24,770 nucleotides of DNA from a virus (lineage: Duplodnaviria > Heunggongvirae > Uroviricota > Caudoviricetes), in the IMG/VR virus record IMGVR_UViG_2671180298_000004; one strand, written 5' to 3'. The notes under the pieces were generated by a model that was not told where the DNA came from, ran no database searches, and saw only the letters and a list, made by a program, of their open reading frames with translations. Shown piece by piece: positions 1-11,264 of the stretch. Every line of letters begins with the position of its first letter. The stretch's first letter is position 1. A program made the position numbers and the translations under genes.

Positions 1-1284
1 TTACAGACTTCTGGAAGGTTGCGCAGCTCTTACAACACGCGGTTGATCTTCCGCAGCGTCTTCCAGCGCACTTAAATCACGGTCTTTCACCTCTGGCATT
101 TTCAGCGCAGAGATTAAACCAATCACTGAATATGCCATGATCATAATGGCGATCGGATACCAGGATTCCGTCATGGTGCAGAAAATACCCGCCAGGATAG
201 GACCAAAACCGGAAGCGATAAGACCACCAATTTCTTTAGAAATAGCCATCCGGGTAAAGCGGTTTTTACAGCCGAACATTTCTGCCATGGTAATGTTTTC
301 CAGAGCAAATAATCCCAGCACCGCACAGTTATGAATCACAATCAGTGCAACCATAATGGTGCTCGGGGCATAGCTTTTATCTACAATGATAGAAAGCATT
401 GGCCATGCCAGCACAATCGCGGAGGTATTCATAATAATATACGGGATCCGGCGACCAATTTTATCGGATAACCAACCAAGGAACGGAATGGTCATAAAGC
501 CGAGAATCGAACTGATCATCAATGCATCTGTTGGAATTGCTTTGTTAAACAATAACGTCTGCACTAAATAGCCTGCAAGGAAAGTCTGAATTAACCCGGA
601 GTTACCCGCCTGACCAAAACGCAGCCCTGTTGCCAGCCAGAAGGATTTGCTCTGGAACATGCTACCAGCAGGTGCAGGTTTTGCTGTCGGTTGGTTACTG
701 TCGTTAACCTTCTCAAAGACCGGGCTTTCTTTCAGATTCATACGCAACCAGATAGCAAAGACCATCACGACAACACTCGCCAGGAACGGTATACGCCATC
801 CCCACGCCAGCAGTTCCTCTTTACTGAGAATGAAGAACATAAAGGCCCAGATTGCCGTTGCGCTCAAGGTTCCGCAGTTAGTTCCCATAGCCACAAATGA
901 GGAGATAATTCCGCGCTTACCTTTTGGCGCATATTCCGCCAGCATCGTACCGGCACCGGAAATTTCCGCACCTGCACCCAACCCCTGAATAATACGCAAC
1001 GTCACCAGCAAGATGGGTGCAAAAACACCAATCTGTGCATAGGTCGGTAACACACCAATTAAGGTGGTACAGATCCCCATCATGGTGATGGTAATAAAGA
1101 GCTCTTTTTTACGCCCTATTCTGTCGCCCATTTTGCCGAAAATAAATGCTCCGACAATACGCGCCACATAACCTGCACCGTAGGTTCCCATTGCCAGAAT
1201 TAACGCCATTGCCGTTGATGATTCAGGAAAAAATATTTCATGAAACACTAACGCTGCGCCGAGCGAATATAACTGGAAATCCAT
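1..1284 (-). CDS. ydfJ: MFS transporter YdfJ (427-aa ORF; stop codon at window positions 1-3). The conserved G-x-x-D-R-x-G-R-K loop lies only ~55 aa from the start, so the N-terminus is probably truncated by the prophage junction.
   Basis: ORF track; multi-TM hydrophobic profile with MFS loop motif GKMGDRIGRKK; sequence recognised from memory as K-12 YdfJ. Confidence 0.85.
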   Translation of the reverse strand: MDFQLYSLGAALVFHEIFFPESSTAMALILAMGTYGAGYVARIVGAFIFGKMGDRIGRKKELFITITMMGICTTLIGVLPTYAQIGVFAPILLVTLRIIQGLGAGAEISGAGTMLAEYAPKGKRGIISSFVAMGTNCGTLSATAIWAFMFFILSKEELLAWGWRIPFLASVVVMVFAIWLRMNLKESPVFEKVNDSNQPTAKPAPAGSMFQSKSFWLATGLRFGQAGNSGLIQTFLAGYLVQTLLFNKAIPTDALMISSILGFMTIPFLGWLSDKIGRRIPYIIMNTSAIVLAWPMLSIIVDKSYAPSTIMVALIVIHNCAVLGLFALENITMAEMFGCKNRFTRMAISKEIGGLIASGFGPILAGIFCTMTESWYPIAIMIMAYSVIGLISALKMPEVKDRDLSALEDAAEDQPRVVRAAQPSRSL

Positions 1285-1888
1285 AATTCACAGGTGTTTT
1301 TTCCCATCCTGTGGTTTCCTTGGCGTTTTCTAGGTTTTTTCAGATAGTTGCATTTTTTTAAAAAGCATCCTAAGTTCGATCTCAGTGTCTATCTGGGGCC
1401 TATTTCTGTCCCATATATGCCCCAAAAAAACTCCCCAACAGATAAGTAGTTTTTTCATGGATTTATGCGTAAAATCAAGAACGGCTGGAAATCATTCAAT
1501 ACTCACACTATCGAAAAATTTACCAGCCAATCGCAGCACGTTCTTGCATAAGGCGTGTCTGCGGTTTTTCAACTATTCAGATACATCACTCCCATCACAT
1601 TCATTCCTCCGCATCAAAGGCATATAGGCTATATCACCTTGATATTTTTCTTTTTCAGATAAAAACTGTTATCTATGTATACTTTTAAACCCAATCCGTG
1701 TAGAGTCTCTGCATAAGATAGTTTGCAGTTGCCGCTTCAGCTTGCGCCATAAACCGCCTGATTTTTGCTGCCACCTGTTAGCATTCCTGTATACCTGAAA
1801 CGACAATGTTTATCTACGAACTTTAAGAACACCCAAGATAAAAATTGTCAACTATATCATATATAACACATTACTAATTCGAGGCTAT

Positions 1889-2002
1889 ATGAACAGCATA
1901 CTGATAATCACATCTCTCCTTATCATATTCAGCATTTTTAGTCATGCCCTAATAAAATTAGGGATTGGCATATCCAATAACCCAGACAAAACCGATGTAT
2001 AA
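1889..2002 (+). CDS. Candidate 37-aa hydrophobic peptide ([37 protein letters not shown]).
   Basis: ATG at 1889 preceded by GAGG 4 nt upstream; predicted single TM segment; below the 60-aa cutoff of the ORF track. Confidence 0.3.
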
Positions 2003-2070
2003 GTCAACATATCCTGAATCAGACATACAATATCGCAATGAAAATCAATAATATTTTAAGGAATATCTTC

Positions 2071-2304
2071 ATGAAATCAAAAGACACCCTAAAGTGGTTC
2101 CCTGCGCAGCTTCCTGAAGTAAGAATTATCCTAGGGGATGCTGTAGTGGAAGTAGCAAAACAGGGAAGACCTATCAATACCAGAACATTGCTTGATTACA
2201 TTGAAGGAAACATAAAGAAAAAATCATGGCTGGATAACAAAGAATTATTACAAACAGCGATATCAGTTCTTAAAGACAACCAAAATTTAAATGGTAAAAT
2301 GTAA
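2071..2304 (+). CDS. ydfK: YdfK (77 aa), cold-shock-inducible prophage protein; start at the internal ATG of ORF 2038-2304.
   Basis: AAGGA Shine-Dalgarno 8 nt upstream of ATG 2071; protein MKSKDTLKWFPAQLPEV... matches my memory of K-12 YdfK. Confidence 0.8.
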   Translation: MKSKDTLKWFPAQLPEVRIILGDAVVEVAKQGRPINTRTLLDYIEGNIKKKSWLDNKELLQTAISVLKDNQNLNGKM

Positions 2305-2620
2305 TATAATAAACTTACTTTTTTATCATTTTTCCACTTTAACAACATTTTGCTCCACTTTTCCACGACCAAACAACTTGAAATCTGGTTAAAATAACAC
2401 GCAACACTATTCTTCTTCCTTGAGTCCGCCCGGAACTCGAAAAACAAACCGAGTTAAAGCCATTTTTCACAAAATCGATTTTGGGTCTCACCAAAATTAC
2501 GGGGTTGCATACGCATTCGTTTATTTTCGAACGTGTACATACAAATATGCACAAAAATAATCATAATTATTTTCTGAGATGCATTATGATATGAACACCA
2601 ATTTCGTATAGAGTCTCACT

Positions 2621-3211
2621 ATGTCTCAAATTTTTGCTTACTGTCGGATATCAACGCTGGATCAGACCACCGAAAATCAACGCCGGGAAATCGAAAGTGC
2701 AGGTTTTAAAATCAAACCTCAGCAAATAATCGAAGAACACATTAGCGGCTCAGCAGCAACCAGTGAGCGTCCTGGTTTTAACCGGTTGCTTGCTCGCCTG
2801 AAATGTGGTGATCAATTGATTGTGACAAAACTGGATCGCCTTGGTTGTAATGCAATGGATATCAGGAAAACAGTGGAACAACTGACCGAAACAGGTATCA
2901 GAGTGCATTGCTTAGCATTGGGGGGCATTGACCTGACCAGTCCAACAGGAAAAATGATGATGCAAGTAATTTCAGCAGTCGCTGAATTTGAACGAGACCT
3001 TTTACTTGAACGCACTCATTCCGGGATAGTAAGAGCCCGCGGCGCAGGGAAACGTTTTGGTCGACCACCTGTGTTAAATGAAGAACAGAAACAGGCGGTA
3101 TTCGAACGAATTAAGTCAGGTGTAAGTATAAGTGCCATTGCCCGGGAATTCAAAACCTCGCGGCAAACCATTTTAAGAGCCAAAGCAAAACTTCAGACAC
3201 CTGACATATAA
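2621..3211 (+). CDS. pinQ: Serine recombinase / DNA invertase PinQ (196 aa).
   Basis: N-terminal catalytic motif YCRISTLDQ and C-terminal HTH typical of small serine recombinases; lies beside tail-fibre genes. Confidence 0.9.
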   Translation: MSQIFAYCRISTLDQTTENQRREIESAGFKIKPQQIIEEHISGSAATSERPGFNRLLARLKCGDQLIVTKLDRLGCNAMDIRKTVEQLTETGIRVHCLALGGIDLTSPTGKMMMQVISAVAEFERDLLLERTHSGIVRARGAGKRFGRPPVLNEEQKQAVFERIKSGVSISAIAREFKTSRQTILRAKAKLQTPDI

Positions 3212-3308
3212 AAAATAATCTCGGTGTGAGATGCTTTACGTCTTCCAAGCCCCCTTCCTTGCCGTAAATGGAAAGATACATCTAATTATAGAATTTATAT
3301 GTTTTACC

Positions 3309-3884
3309 CTACGGCAGTGCTGGCCATTCAATATCCTGTGCAGTTGACGTATCAACACGGTTCAGCAATACCCGATACTTTTTCCATGCTTCCAGCAACG
3401 AGATTTCTTCCTCCGTTGCAATTTCCAGATCTGCAGCATCCTGAAGCGGCGCAATATGCTCACTGGCTACCTGCATCAGGTTGTTTTTTGTTTCTTCCGC
3501 CTCCCGGATCCGGAACAGTTTTTCTGCTTCCGTATCCTTCACCCAGGCTGTGCCGTTCCACTTCTGAAACTCCCCTTCCGGCGATAACCAGGTAACATTT
3601 TCCGGTAACGGACCGAGTTCAGAAATAAATAACGCGTCGCCGGAAGCCACGTCATAAACCGTTTTACCCCGATGATCTTCAACGAGATGCCACGATGACT
3701 CATCACTGTTGAAAACAGCCACGAAGCCAGCCGGAATATCTGGCGGTGCAATATCGGTACTGTTTGCTGGCAGACCTGTATGAGGCGGAATATATGCATC
3801 ACCTTCACCAATAAATTCATTAGTTCCGGCCAGCAGATTATAAATTTTTATGGTCCGTGGTTGTTCACTCATTCTGAATGCCAT
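3309..3884 (-). CDS. tfaQ: Tail fibre assembly protein TfaQ (191 aa).
   Basis: Protein [24 protein letters not shown]... is the conserved Tfa family N-terminus; start overlaps the stf stop (ATGA). Confidence 0.9.
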
Positions 3885-4687
3885 TATGCAAGCCTCACAA
3901 TATAGTTAAATGCGATGTTTTTGACGGTGTTTTCCGCGTTACCAGCAGCGTTAACGGTGATGGTGTGTCCATGTGAACCAATCGCAACGGAGTGCGTATG
4001 AGCACCAATACCGACAGTATGTGCATGTGCGCCTGCGCTTGCAGCAGTGCCGGACAGCGAGTGGGTATGAGCACCATCTGATGATGTCTTCCCTGCATTA
4101 CGAGTCTGGCCACTACCGCTTGTTGTGCTCATAATCCCCGCGCTTAGATTTGAAATCGCGGTATAACCATTAGGGAAAATGCTCGTGTTCGTGCCACCAA
4201 ATGCACCGGAACTCTTGTGTTGGTGCGCACCGGCACTATTTGCGGTCCCGCTAATACTATGGGTATGCGCCCCGGTGTTATTCGTGGATTTGGTTCCGTA
4301 ATCAAACGACGATGTGGTTTTCGTCCCCAAATCCGTACTGGATGCGCTGGCGCTGTGGGTGTGCGATTTAATGCCGTCCTGTTCCTGAGATAATACGGCC
4401 CGACCACTGGCGGGCTTGCCCTTAATCGTCCAGCCACGCATATCAGGGATCACGCCTGACGGATAAGCAACTGCAAGTTTCGGGTATGCAGATTTGTCAA
4501 AAGTCTGCCCCTGCATCAGGGCATAACCAGACGGAACGGTATCTGATGGCCACGGGATTGGTGCACCGACTGGATAAAACTCTGCAGGAGGATGAGCCGA
4601 GGTGTAAAGCTGCGCCCACGGCGACCAGTTTGCGTCGGTCGTATCCAGACTTAAATCAACGACCAGATCGCCTACCGGTTCAGCCAT
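3884..4687 (-). CDS. stfQ: Side tail fibre protein, C-terminal receptor-binding portion (StfQ-like, 267 aa from the listed start; true start uncertain).
   Basis: Gly/Ser/Thr-rich sequence with repeated AHTHS / GAHxH motifs typical of phage distal tail-fibre tips; followed by tfa. Confidence 0.75.
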
Positions 4688-5114
4688 ACCGGACTCCTCC
4701 TGCGATCCCTTCTGATACTGTCATCAGCATTACGTCATCCTCCGTCATGTCCGCCACATCCGGGGAAGCGGGGATAACTTCATTCCCTTCCGGGCCAAAG
4801 CGGACGCCTCCGGCAAGCCCTGCCGCTTTCTGCATCAGCACATCATCTTCAGGCTCTTCGTCAGCCTCACGCCGGTTCAGCAGACTGAAATCCAGCGGAT
4901 GCATATCCGGATCGCTGAAAAACAGGCTGAGCACGGTGTACGTCAGCCCGGAAAAGTGCATATCCAGCAGAACATCATGAAAATAATGGGTACTGTAAAA
5001 GCGGTGCCAGTCGGCATACTCCGTGGATGACATCCCGGCAAGCATGGCACGCCAGTCGGGTCGCCCCATCTCTCGCGCCAGTTTCAGGGCAAAACTCAGC
5101 TCACCATCGAACAC
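4680..5114 (-). CDS. 144-aa acidic ORF of unknown function between the terminase fragment and stf; possibly a remnant.
   Basis: ORF track only; overlaps the stf start by 8 nt; I could not match it to a known lambda structural protein. Confidence 0.3.
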   Translation of the reverse strand: MFDGELSFALKLAREMGRPDWRAMLAGMSSTEYADWHRFYSTHYFHDVLLDMHFSGLTYTVLSLFFSDPDMHPLDFSLLNRREADEEPEDDVLMQKAAGLAGGVRFGPEGNEVIPASPDVADMTEDDVMLMTVSEGIAGGVRYG

Positions 5115-5286
5115 TTTCCCGCAGAAACAGGCTCTGCAGGCCCGGCGTCCTCTGTCTGTTCAGGAGCATCATTCACCACAAACTCATACATACCGGACAG
5201 CCGGTACACCACGTTTTCAGCATGAGAAATTGCCTCCGTGGGCCAGGTGGTAAGCACTTCCTGCTCAATCTGTTTAACGGCTTCAT

Positions 5287-5925
5287 TCATGGAAGGCAGC
5301 TTTGTCTTCTTCGGATGGTTATGCCACAGGGACATCGCCACCAGAAACGCGCCGGTTCCTGTTCAATATCCTCATCAAAGGCAGCAAGTTCATCATAACC
5401 CGCCACATCCACCGACTTTTCACGGTAGTTTTTTGCCGCTTTACCGCCCAGGCACCAGAAGCCACGACCATTGGAAAAACGCTTCATAGTGAGCGTGTTA
5501 TCCCGGTGCTTTTTGCCATACCACGGAGCCAGCGCCAGCAGCGACGGAATATCGCGGATGGTCGGCTCAACGTGGGTTTTCATAAAGTTCTCGGCATCAC
5601 CATCCGTCGGCAACCAGATAAGGGTGTTGCGCTGCTTATGCTCTATAAAGTAGGCATAAACACCCAGCAGCATTTTGGAATAACCGACACGGGCAGACTT
5701 CACCACATTCACCTCACGGATGTAGTCGCTGCCCATCGCATTCATGATGGCCCGCTGAAAGGGCAGTGTTTCCCAGCGCCCTTCCTGGTATGCGGATTCT
5801 TTCGGGAGATAGTAATTAGCATCCGCCCATTCAACGGCGGTCTGTGGCTCCGGCCTGAACAGTGAGCGAAGCCCGGCGCGGACAAAATGCCGCAGCCTGT
5901 TAACCTGACTGTTCGATATATTCAC
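5287..5925 (-). pseudogene. Terminase large subunit (lambda gpA homolog), N-terminal fragment ending in a frameshift.
   Basis: First ~195 aa (MNISNSQVNRLRHFVRAGLRSLFRPEPQTAVEWADANYYLPKESAYQEGRWETLPF...) match lambda A from memory, then diverge into a short out-of-frame tail; the rest of A is missing. Confidence 0.85.
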
Positions 5926-6445
5926 TCAGCAACCCCGGTATCAGTTCATCCAGCGCGGCTGCTTTGTTCATGGCTTTGATGATATCCCGTTTCAGGAAAT
6001 CAACATGTCGGTTTTCCAGTTCCGGAAAACGCCGCTGCACCGACAGGGGGATCCCGTCGAGAATACTGGCAATTTCACCTGCGATCCGCGACAGCACGAA
6101 AGTACAGAATGCGGTTTCCACCACTTCAGCGGAGTCTCTGGCATTTTTCAGCTCCTGTGCGTCGGCCTGCGCACGCGTAAGTCGATGGCGTTCGTACTCA
6201 ATAGTCCCTGGCTGGAGATCTGTCTCGCTGGCCTGCCGCAGTTCTTCAACTTCCCGGCGCAGCTTTTCGTTCTCAATTTCAGCATCCCTTTCGGCATACC
6301 ATCTTATAACGGCGGCAGAGTCATAAAGCACCTCATTACCCTTGCCACCGCCTCGCAGAACGGGCATTCCCTGTTCCTGCCAGTTCTGAATGGTACGGAT
6401 ACTCGCACCGAAAATGTCAGCCAGCTGCTTTTTGTTGACTTCCAT
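5900..6445 (-). CDS. nohA: Terminase small subunit, Nu1 homolog (181 aa).
   Basis: Protein MEVNKKQLADIFGASIRTIQNWQEQGMPVLRGGGKGNEVLYDSAAV... is nearly identical to lambda Nu1 as I recall it; its 3' end overlaps the A start as in lambda. Confidence 0.9.
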   Translation of the reverse strand: MEVNKKQLADIFGASIRTIQNWQEQGMPVLRGGGKGNEVLYDSAAVIRWYAERDAEIENEKLRREVEELRQASETDLQPGTIEYERHRLTRAQADAQELKNARDSAEVVETAFCTFVLSRIAGEIASILDGIPLSVQRRFPELENRHVDFLKRDIIKAMNKAAALDELIPGLLSEYIEQSG

Positions 6446-6599
6446 TGTTCATTCCACGGCCAAAAACAGAGAAAGGAAACGACAGAGGCCCAAAAGCTCG
6501 TTTTCAGCACCTGTCGTTTCCTTTCTTTTCAGGGGGTATTTTAAATAAAAACATTAAGTTACGACGAAGAAGAACGGAAATGCCTTAAACCGGAAAATT

Positions 6600-6645
6600 T
6601 TCATAAATAGCGAAAACCCGCGAGGTCGCCGCCCCGTAACCTGTC
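6600..6645 (-). other. cos site: cosN with the 12-nt cohesive-end sequence GGGCGGCGACCT (minus strand, plus coordinates 6623-6634); cosB-like sequence runs toward Nu1.
   Basis: Reverse complement of 6611-6645 reads GACAGGTTACGGGGCGGCGACCTCGCGGGTTTTCG, matching the lambda right-end/left-end junction. Confidence 0.8.
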
Positions 6646-7017
6646 GGATCGCCGGAAAGGACCCGCAAAATGATAATAATTATCATCTGCATGTCACAAC
6701 GTGCATCTACGCCATCAAACCACGTCAAATAATCAATTATGACGCAGGTATCATATTAATTGATCTGCATCAACTTAACGTAAAAACAACTTCAGACAAT
6801 ACAAATCAGCGACACTGAATACGGGGCAACCTCATGTCAACGAAGAACAGAACCCGCAGAACAACAACCCGCAACATCCGCTTCTCTCACTCCTGAGCCG
6901 GACTGCATTGGTTTAATAAAAACCATCAACAATTGTGATTTAGATATTCGGAACCATTCAAATATAACAAAACCCCGTAAAAACGAGGTTTATGGATAAA
7001 TTTTATTATTGAATACA

Positions 7018-7191
7018 TCAGATTAAATTAATCTTGACATCATAGCTTTCAAGACCCGTCATTTTTTCCCGTGCGGTAAACTGAATACTGGTAACTTCTT
7101 TCCCGGTCTTTTTCTTAAGTTCAATAATTTTTTTTGTTATATATTCAGAAATATCTGCTTCTGCTTTTGTTTTTAAGTTTTCAATATTCAT
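7018..7191 (-). CDS. gnsB: GnsB (57 aa; GnsA/GnsB family).
   Basis: Manual translation MNIENLKTKAEADISEYITKKIIELKKKTGKEVTSIQFTAREKMTGLESYDVKINLI; below the ORF-track cutoff. Confidence 0.75.
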   Translation of the reverse strand: MNIENLKTKAEADISEYITKKIIELKKKTGKEVTSIQFTAREKMTGLESYDVKINLI

Positions 7192-7362
7192 CATTTCCTC
7201 TTTTAGTCTGTTATGACTTTCCAGTTACACAGTAAGTCGATTATATGGTGCAAACGTGTAAAAGATAAGATGAAACATCGCAATAATCAACATACGATAG
7301 TCTAAATTTTACACAAACAGACAAAGAGAATTTTCCTGAATTATCAATGCAATAGCATCAAA

Positions 7363-7593
7363 TCAACTCAAGAGCCTTATTGCTGCTTCCAGAATTTCTT
7401 CTGAAGTAACATGTCGATCCGCGGCTACATAAATGACTTTATGATCTCCGGTCAGAGATGGAAACCCTGCGGCCATTACAGTAAGGTGTGTTTTTTCGCC
7501 ATTTGGATATTCACGCATGATGGTGTTAACTCCAGTCATCGCTGGCACTACCACTGCTGGTTCAGAGTTAAAAAAAACTATGATTTTTTTCAT
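7363..7593 (-). CDS. ynfN: YnfN-like small protein (76 aa from ATG 7593; the 51-aa K-12 form would start at the internal MREYPNG).
   Basis: ORF track (the listed start at 7635 is a TTG); C-terminal 51 aa match my memory of YnfN; start is uncertain. Confidence 0.55.
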   Translation of the reverse strand: MKKIIVFFNSEPAVVVPAMTGVNTIMREYPNGEKTHLTVMAAGFPSLTGDHKVIYVAADRHVTSEEILEAAIRLLS

Positions 7594-7643
7594 GATGTTA
7601 CCGTAGTATGTGAGTATCCATCGAATAGACACCAAGCAAAAAA

Positions 7644-7657
7644 GCTCCCGAAGGAGC
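7644..7657 (-). terminator. Putative intrinsic terminator hairpin (GCTCC-CGAA-GGAGC) downstream of cspI, with a T-run on the minus strand.
   Basis: 5-bp GC stem followed by TTTTTTGCTT on the minus strand. Confidence 0.45.
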
Positions 7658-7864
7658 CTTCATTTTCACTTTTTTAAATCCAACGACAGACGGCTGGCAT
7701 TTAAGTATTGTGAAATATTATCAAATGTAATCATCATTGATTTACAAAAGATACATTTTGCCCCGAAAGGATTCATGTCAGAAACATCAAAAGATGATGT
7801 TCTATACTGGGAACCATGACAACACGGGCATCTAAAGTGAATATGGTTTGTAATATTGTCTACC

Positions 7865-8077
7865 TCAAAGCGCCACTACATGAACAGCGGCAGGACCTTT
7901 AGGTCCGTTCTCAATACCAAATTCAACTTCCTGATTCTCAGTTAATGTTTTGAAATCGTTGCTCTGAATTGCTGAGAAATGGACAAACACATCTTTGCTG
8001 CCATCTTTCGGCGTGATGAAACCAAAACCTTTTTCAGGGTTAAACCATTTCACTAAACCAGTCATTTTGTTAGACAT
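7865..8077 (-). CDS. cspI: Cold shock protein CspI (70 aa).
   Basis: CspA-family sequence [70 protein letters not shown]. Confidence 0.9.
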   Translation of the reverse strand: MSNKMTGLVKWFNPEKGFGFITPKDGSKDVFVHFSAIQSNDFKTLTENQEVEFGIENGPKGPAAVHVVAL

Positions 8078-8439
8078 AATTATTACCTTTTGAAGAAATT
8101 AGCCCTTGGGCAGAATGGTCCGAAAAAAAATATCAGAGAGAAAAACCAACAAGGAAATCTCAAGAGGTACAAATAATAAAATTATAACAATGACTGCTTC
8201 AGATAAATTTGTAACAAACCAGAACACCATTAACGCATGATTAACCACCCATAGCAAGGATTACTTTTGTAAAGAAAAACACAGCAATGAAAGAATAGCT
8301 TTATTTATTAATAAAACGTGTCATTCTGATTAAGACCTTTTATCTTACCCTTAAGATTTCAGGAATTTTGGCTCATGGAAGAGTCCTTTTTATTTAAATT
8401 TTACATTCCGCGATGTAAATGTTCCGATTTAATATTACC

Positions 8440-9463
<1,024 letters not shown>

Positions 9464-9467
<4 letters not shown>

Positions 9468-9775
9468 AGATATTTATGATGAGGACGCTCGTGCTTATTG
9501 GCAGGATTTTCAATCTTAAAGGAGTACTGATGCTGCAGATAAGACTCAACTTTTTCTGACAATTTTTCTGCTACTTCCAGGAAGACTTGCCGGACGCTCC
9601 TTCTGGCTGCTGCCTCATAAAACTCCAGCGCAGCTCCTTCAACACGGTCCATGGCGACATCCAGGTCAAAAATTTCACCGTCAAAGCGTTCTTTGTCCTG
9701 TAAGGCTACAGTTACCGTAACTTTATTCTCAAAATTACGGACTCCTTTCACAACCAGTTCATAGTCTTGAGTCAT
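9464..9775 (-). CDS. ydfR: YdfR-like protein of unknown function (103 aa) within the lysis cassette.
   Basis: ORF track; position between holin and lysozyme; overlaps the lysozyme start by 4 nt. Confidence 0.7.
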
Positions 9776-9779
9776 TGGA

Positions 9780-9995
9780 TTACTCTCCTCTCGCAGCCTT
9801 ACGCCTGTCTTCTTTAATCTTGAAATAAAGATTTGTCAGATACGTCAGCAGGCCAAAAACCAGGCTACCCAGCACACCGATTGCAGCCCACTGTGACGGA
9901 GTTACTTTATCGAGTAACTGCAATGCCCAGAAACCAGCATTACCCGCCGATGTGCCATAGGCAACACCTGTTGTTAACTTATCCATTGATTTCAT
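9780..9995 (-). CDS. essQ: Class II holin / pinholin of the phage 21 S type (71 aa from MKSMDKL; a longer in-frame ORF extends to 10070).
   Basis: Two TM segments and charged C-terminus ...[22 protein letters not shown]; dual-start-like MKSM motif. Confidence 0.8.
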   Translation of the reverse strand: MKSMDKLTTGVAYGTSAGNAGFWALQLLDKVTPSQWAAIGVLGSLVFGLLTYLTNLYFKIKEDRRKAARGE

Positions 9996-10214
9996 ATCCT
10001 CACCCCGATGTACACGGATGGTGCAATATGTTTGAAAAGATCGGAGTCTACGGGGTAGTTTTGACAGCACACGTTGTTCTCAACGGCGCTAAAAAAACAT
10101 ACACATTAAAAATGTGGGTAATTATTTTGAAAGAAAGTCATATATAAAATAATAATACGAGAAATGTTTTCATATTTAGTGTACTGTATACGGCCATTTA
10201 TACAGGAAAAGCCT

Positions 10215-10385
10215 ATGTCAGAACGTAAAAACTCAAAATCACGCCGTAATTATCTCGTTAAATGTTCCTGCCCAAACTGCACCCAAGAGTCAGAACACAG
10301 TTTTTCAAGAGTACAAAAAGGTGCCCTTTTGATCTGCCCTCATTGCAACAAAGTATTCCAGACAAATCTTAAAGCTGTAGCCTGA
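10215..10385 (+). CDS. 56-aa zinc-ribbon protein with two CxxC pairs (CPNC ... CPHC); possibly the Qin small protein YnfU.
   Basis: ATG 10215 with AGGAAA Shine-Dalgarno 5 nt upstream; four Cys in zinc-ribbon spacing; assignment to YnfU is from memory and uncertain. Confidence 0.55.
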   Translation: MSERKNSKSRRNYLVKCSCPNCTQESEHSFSRVQKGALLICPHCNKVFQTNLKAVA

Positions 10386-10440
10386 TTGATTTTATTAGTA
10401 ACAAGTATTTTTTATATTTTAATAATATATTTAAAGCAGA

Positions 10441-10466
10441 TAATAAAAAACCCGCCTGAGCGGGTT
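10441..10466 (-). terminator. Intrinsic terminator downstream of cspB (hairpin AACCCGC-CTGA-GCGGGTT followed by a T-run on the minus strand).
   Basis: Perfect 7-bp GC-rich stem and a TTTTTTATTA tract 3' on the minus strand. Confidence 0.7.
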
Positions 10467-10748
10467 TGAGATTGTGGTGCTTTTTGTGGGAGTCATCCAC
10501 TTACGCACTTTGTTTTGCCATGCCAGCAGTTAGCTTCTGCTGTAAAACTATTCATGCAGCAAACCTGCACTTCACCACAATGGTTAGCATACTTTTCCTG
10601 ATTAAGATTTTGCCAAATATGCTAGCCATTGTTTCATGTATTGGACCTCCTTACTTTTTATTAAAGAGATCCAATATTCACTACTCTGTCCGTATCTCTA
10701 CTCAGGCATCAGCCTTCTTCGTTATCGTATACAGACGAGCGATGAATT

Positions 10749-10964
10749 TTAATCAGTAATGATGACATTTGCTGCTGCAGGACCTTTAGCACCACTCTCT
10801 ATAGAGAAGGTAACCTTTTGACCTTCAAATAAGGTTCGATAATTATCATTCTGAATCGCAGAAAAATGCACAAACACATCTTTACTACCATCAACAGGAG
10901 AAATAAAGCCGAAACCTTTATCAGCGTTAAACCATTTTACTAAACCAGTCATTTTATTTGACAT
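10749..10964 (-). CDS. cspB: Cold shock protein CspB (71 aa).
   Basis: CspA-family sequence [71 protein letters not shown]. Confidence 0.9.
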   Translation of the reverse strand: MSNKMTGLVKWFNADKGFGFISPVDGSKDVFVHFSAIQNDNYRTLFEGQKVTFSIESGAKGPAAANVIITD

Positions 10965-11264
10965 TCTACATTCCTTAACTTGAGCCTTTCGGCATAAATG
11001 GTTTGCATAACAGAAACGACTTCGTACTTAATTGGAGAGACTCAAAGAAGGAATAAGTGAATAACACCTGAAATGAGAACTGCTTTAGTAAACTACTTCG
11101 TATATCGTCTGTTCTTCAAACCGACGCAATCATTAACGCATAGTTGAACATATGAAGCAATGTTTATTTTAGACATCCAGCCATCTTCAACCCCATCAAA
11201 AAACTATAGCTTTCTTCAGGAACGTGTGTATAGTGCGCCAAGTTATCAGTATTAAGGAATTTTT

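Noticed and set aside
137-988. Plus-strand ORFs (137-334, 386-571, 647-988, 691-900) inside ydfJ
   Set aside because: They lie antisense within a well-supported transporter gene and have no start context; they are typical shadow ORFs.
2300-2620. Search for a Gin/Hin-type 26-bp crossover site (AAACC-NN-GGTTT core) beside pinQ
   Set aside because: No full palindromic site was found by eye; only a half-site-like TACTTTTAAACC near 1679-1690. PinQ is also diverged from the Gin/Hin/Pin(e14) group, so that consensus may not apply.
5027-6544. Plus-strand ORFs overlapping the terminase fragment and nohA (5027-5398, 5302-5865, 5964-6326, 6005-6544)
   Set aside because: They are antisense to sequence that matches lambda A and Nu1 nearly exactly; shadow ORFs.
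6834-6896. 20-codon ORF MSTKNRTRRTTTRNIRFSHS near cos
   Set aside because: It appears to be a truncated remnant of a lambda right-end ORF rather than a functional gene.
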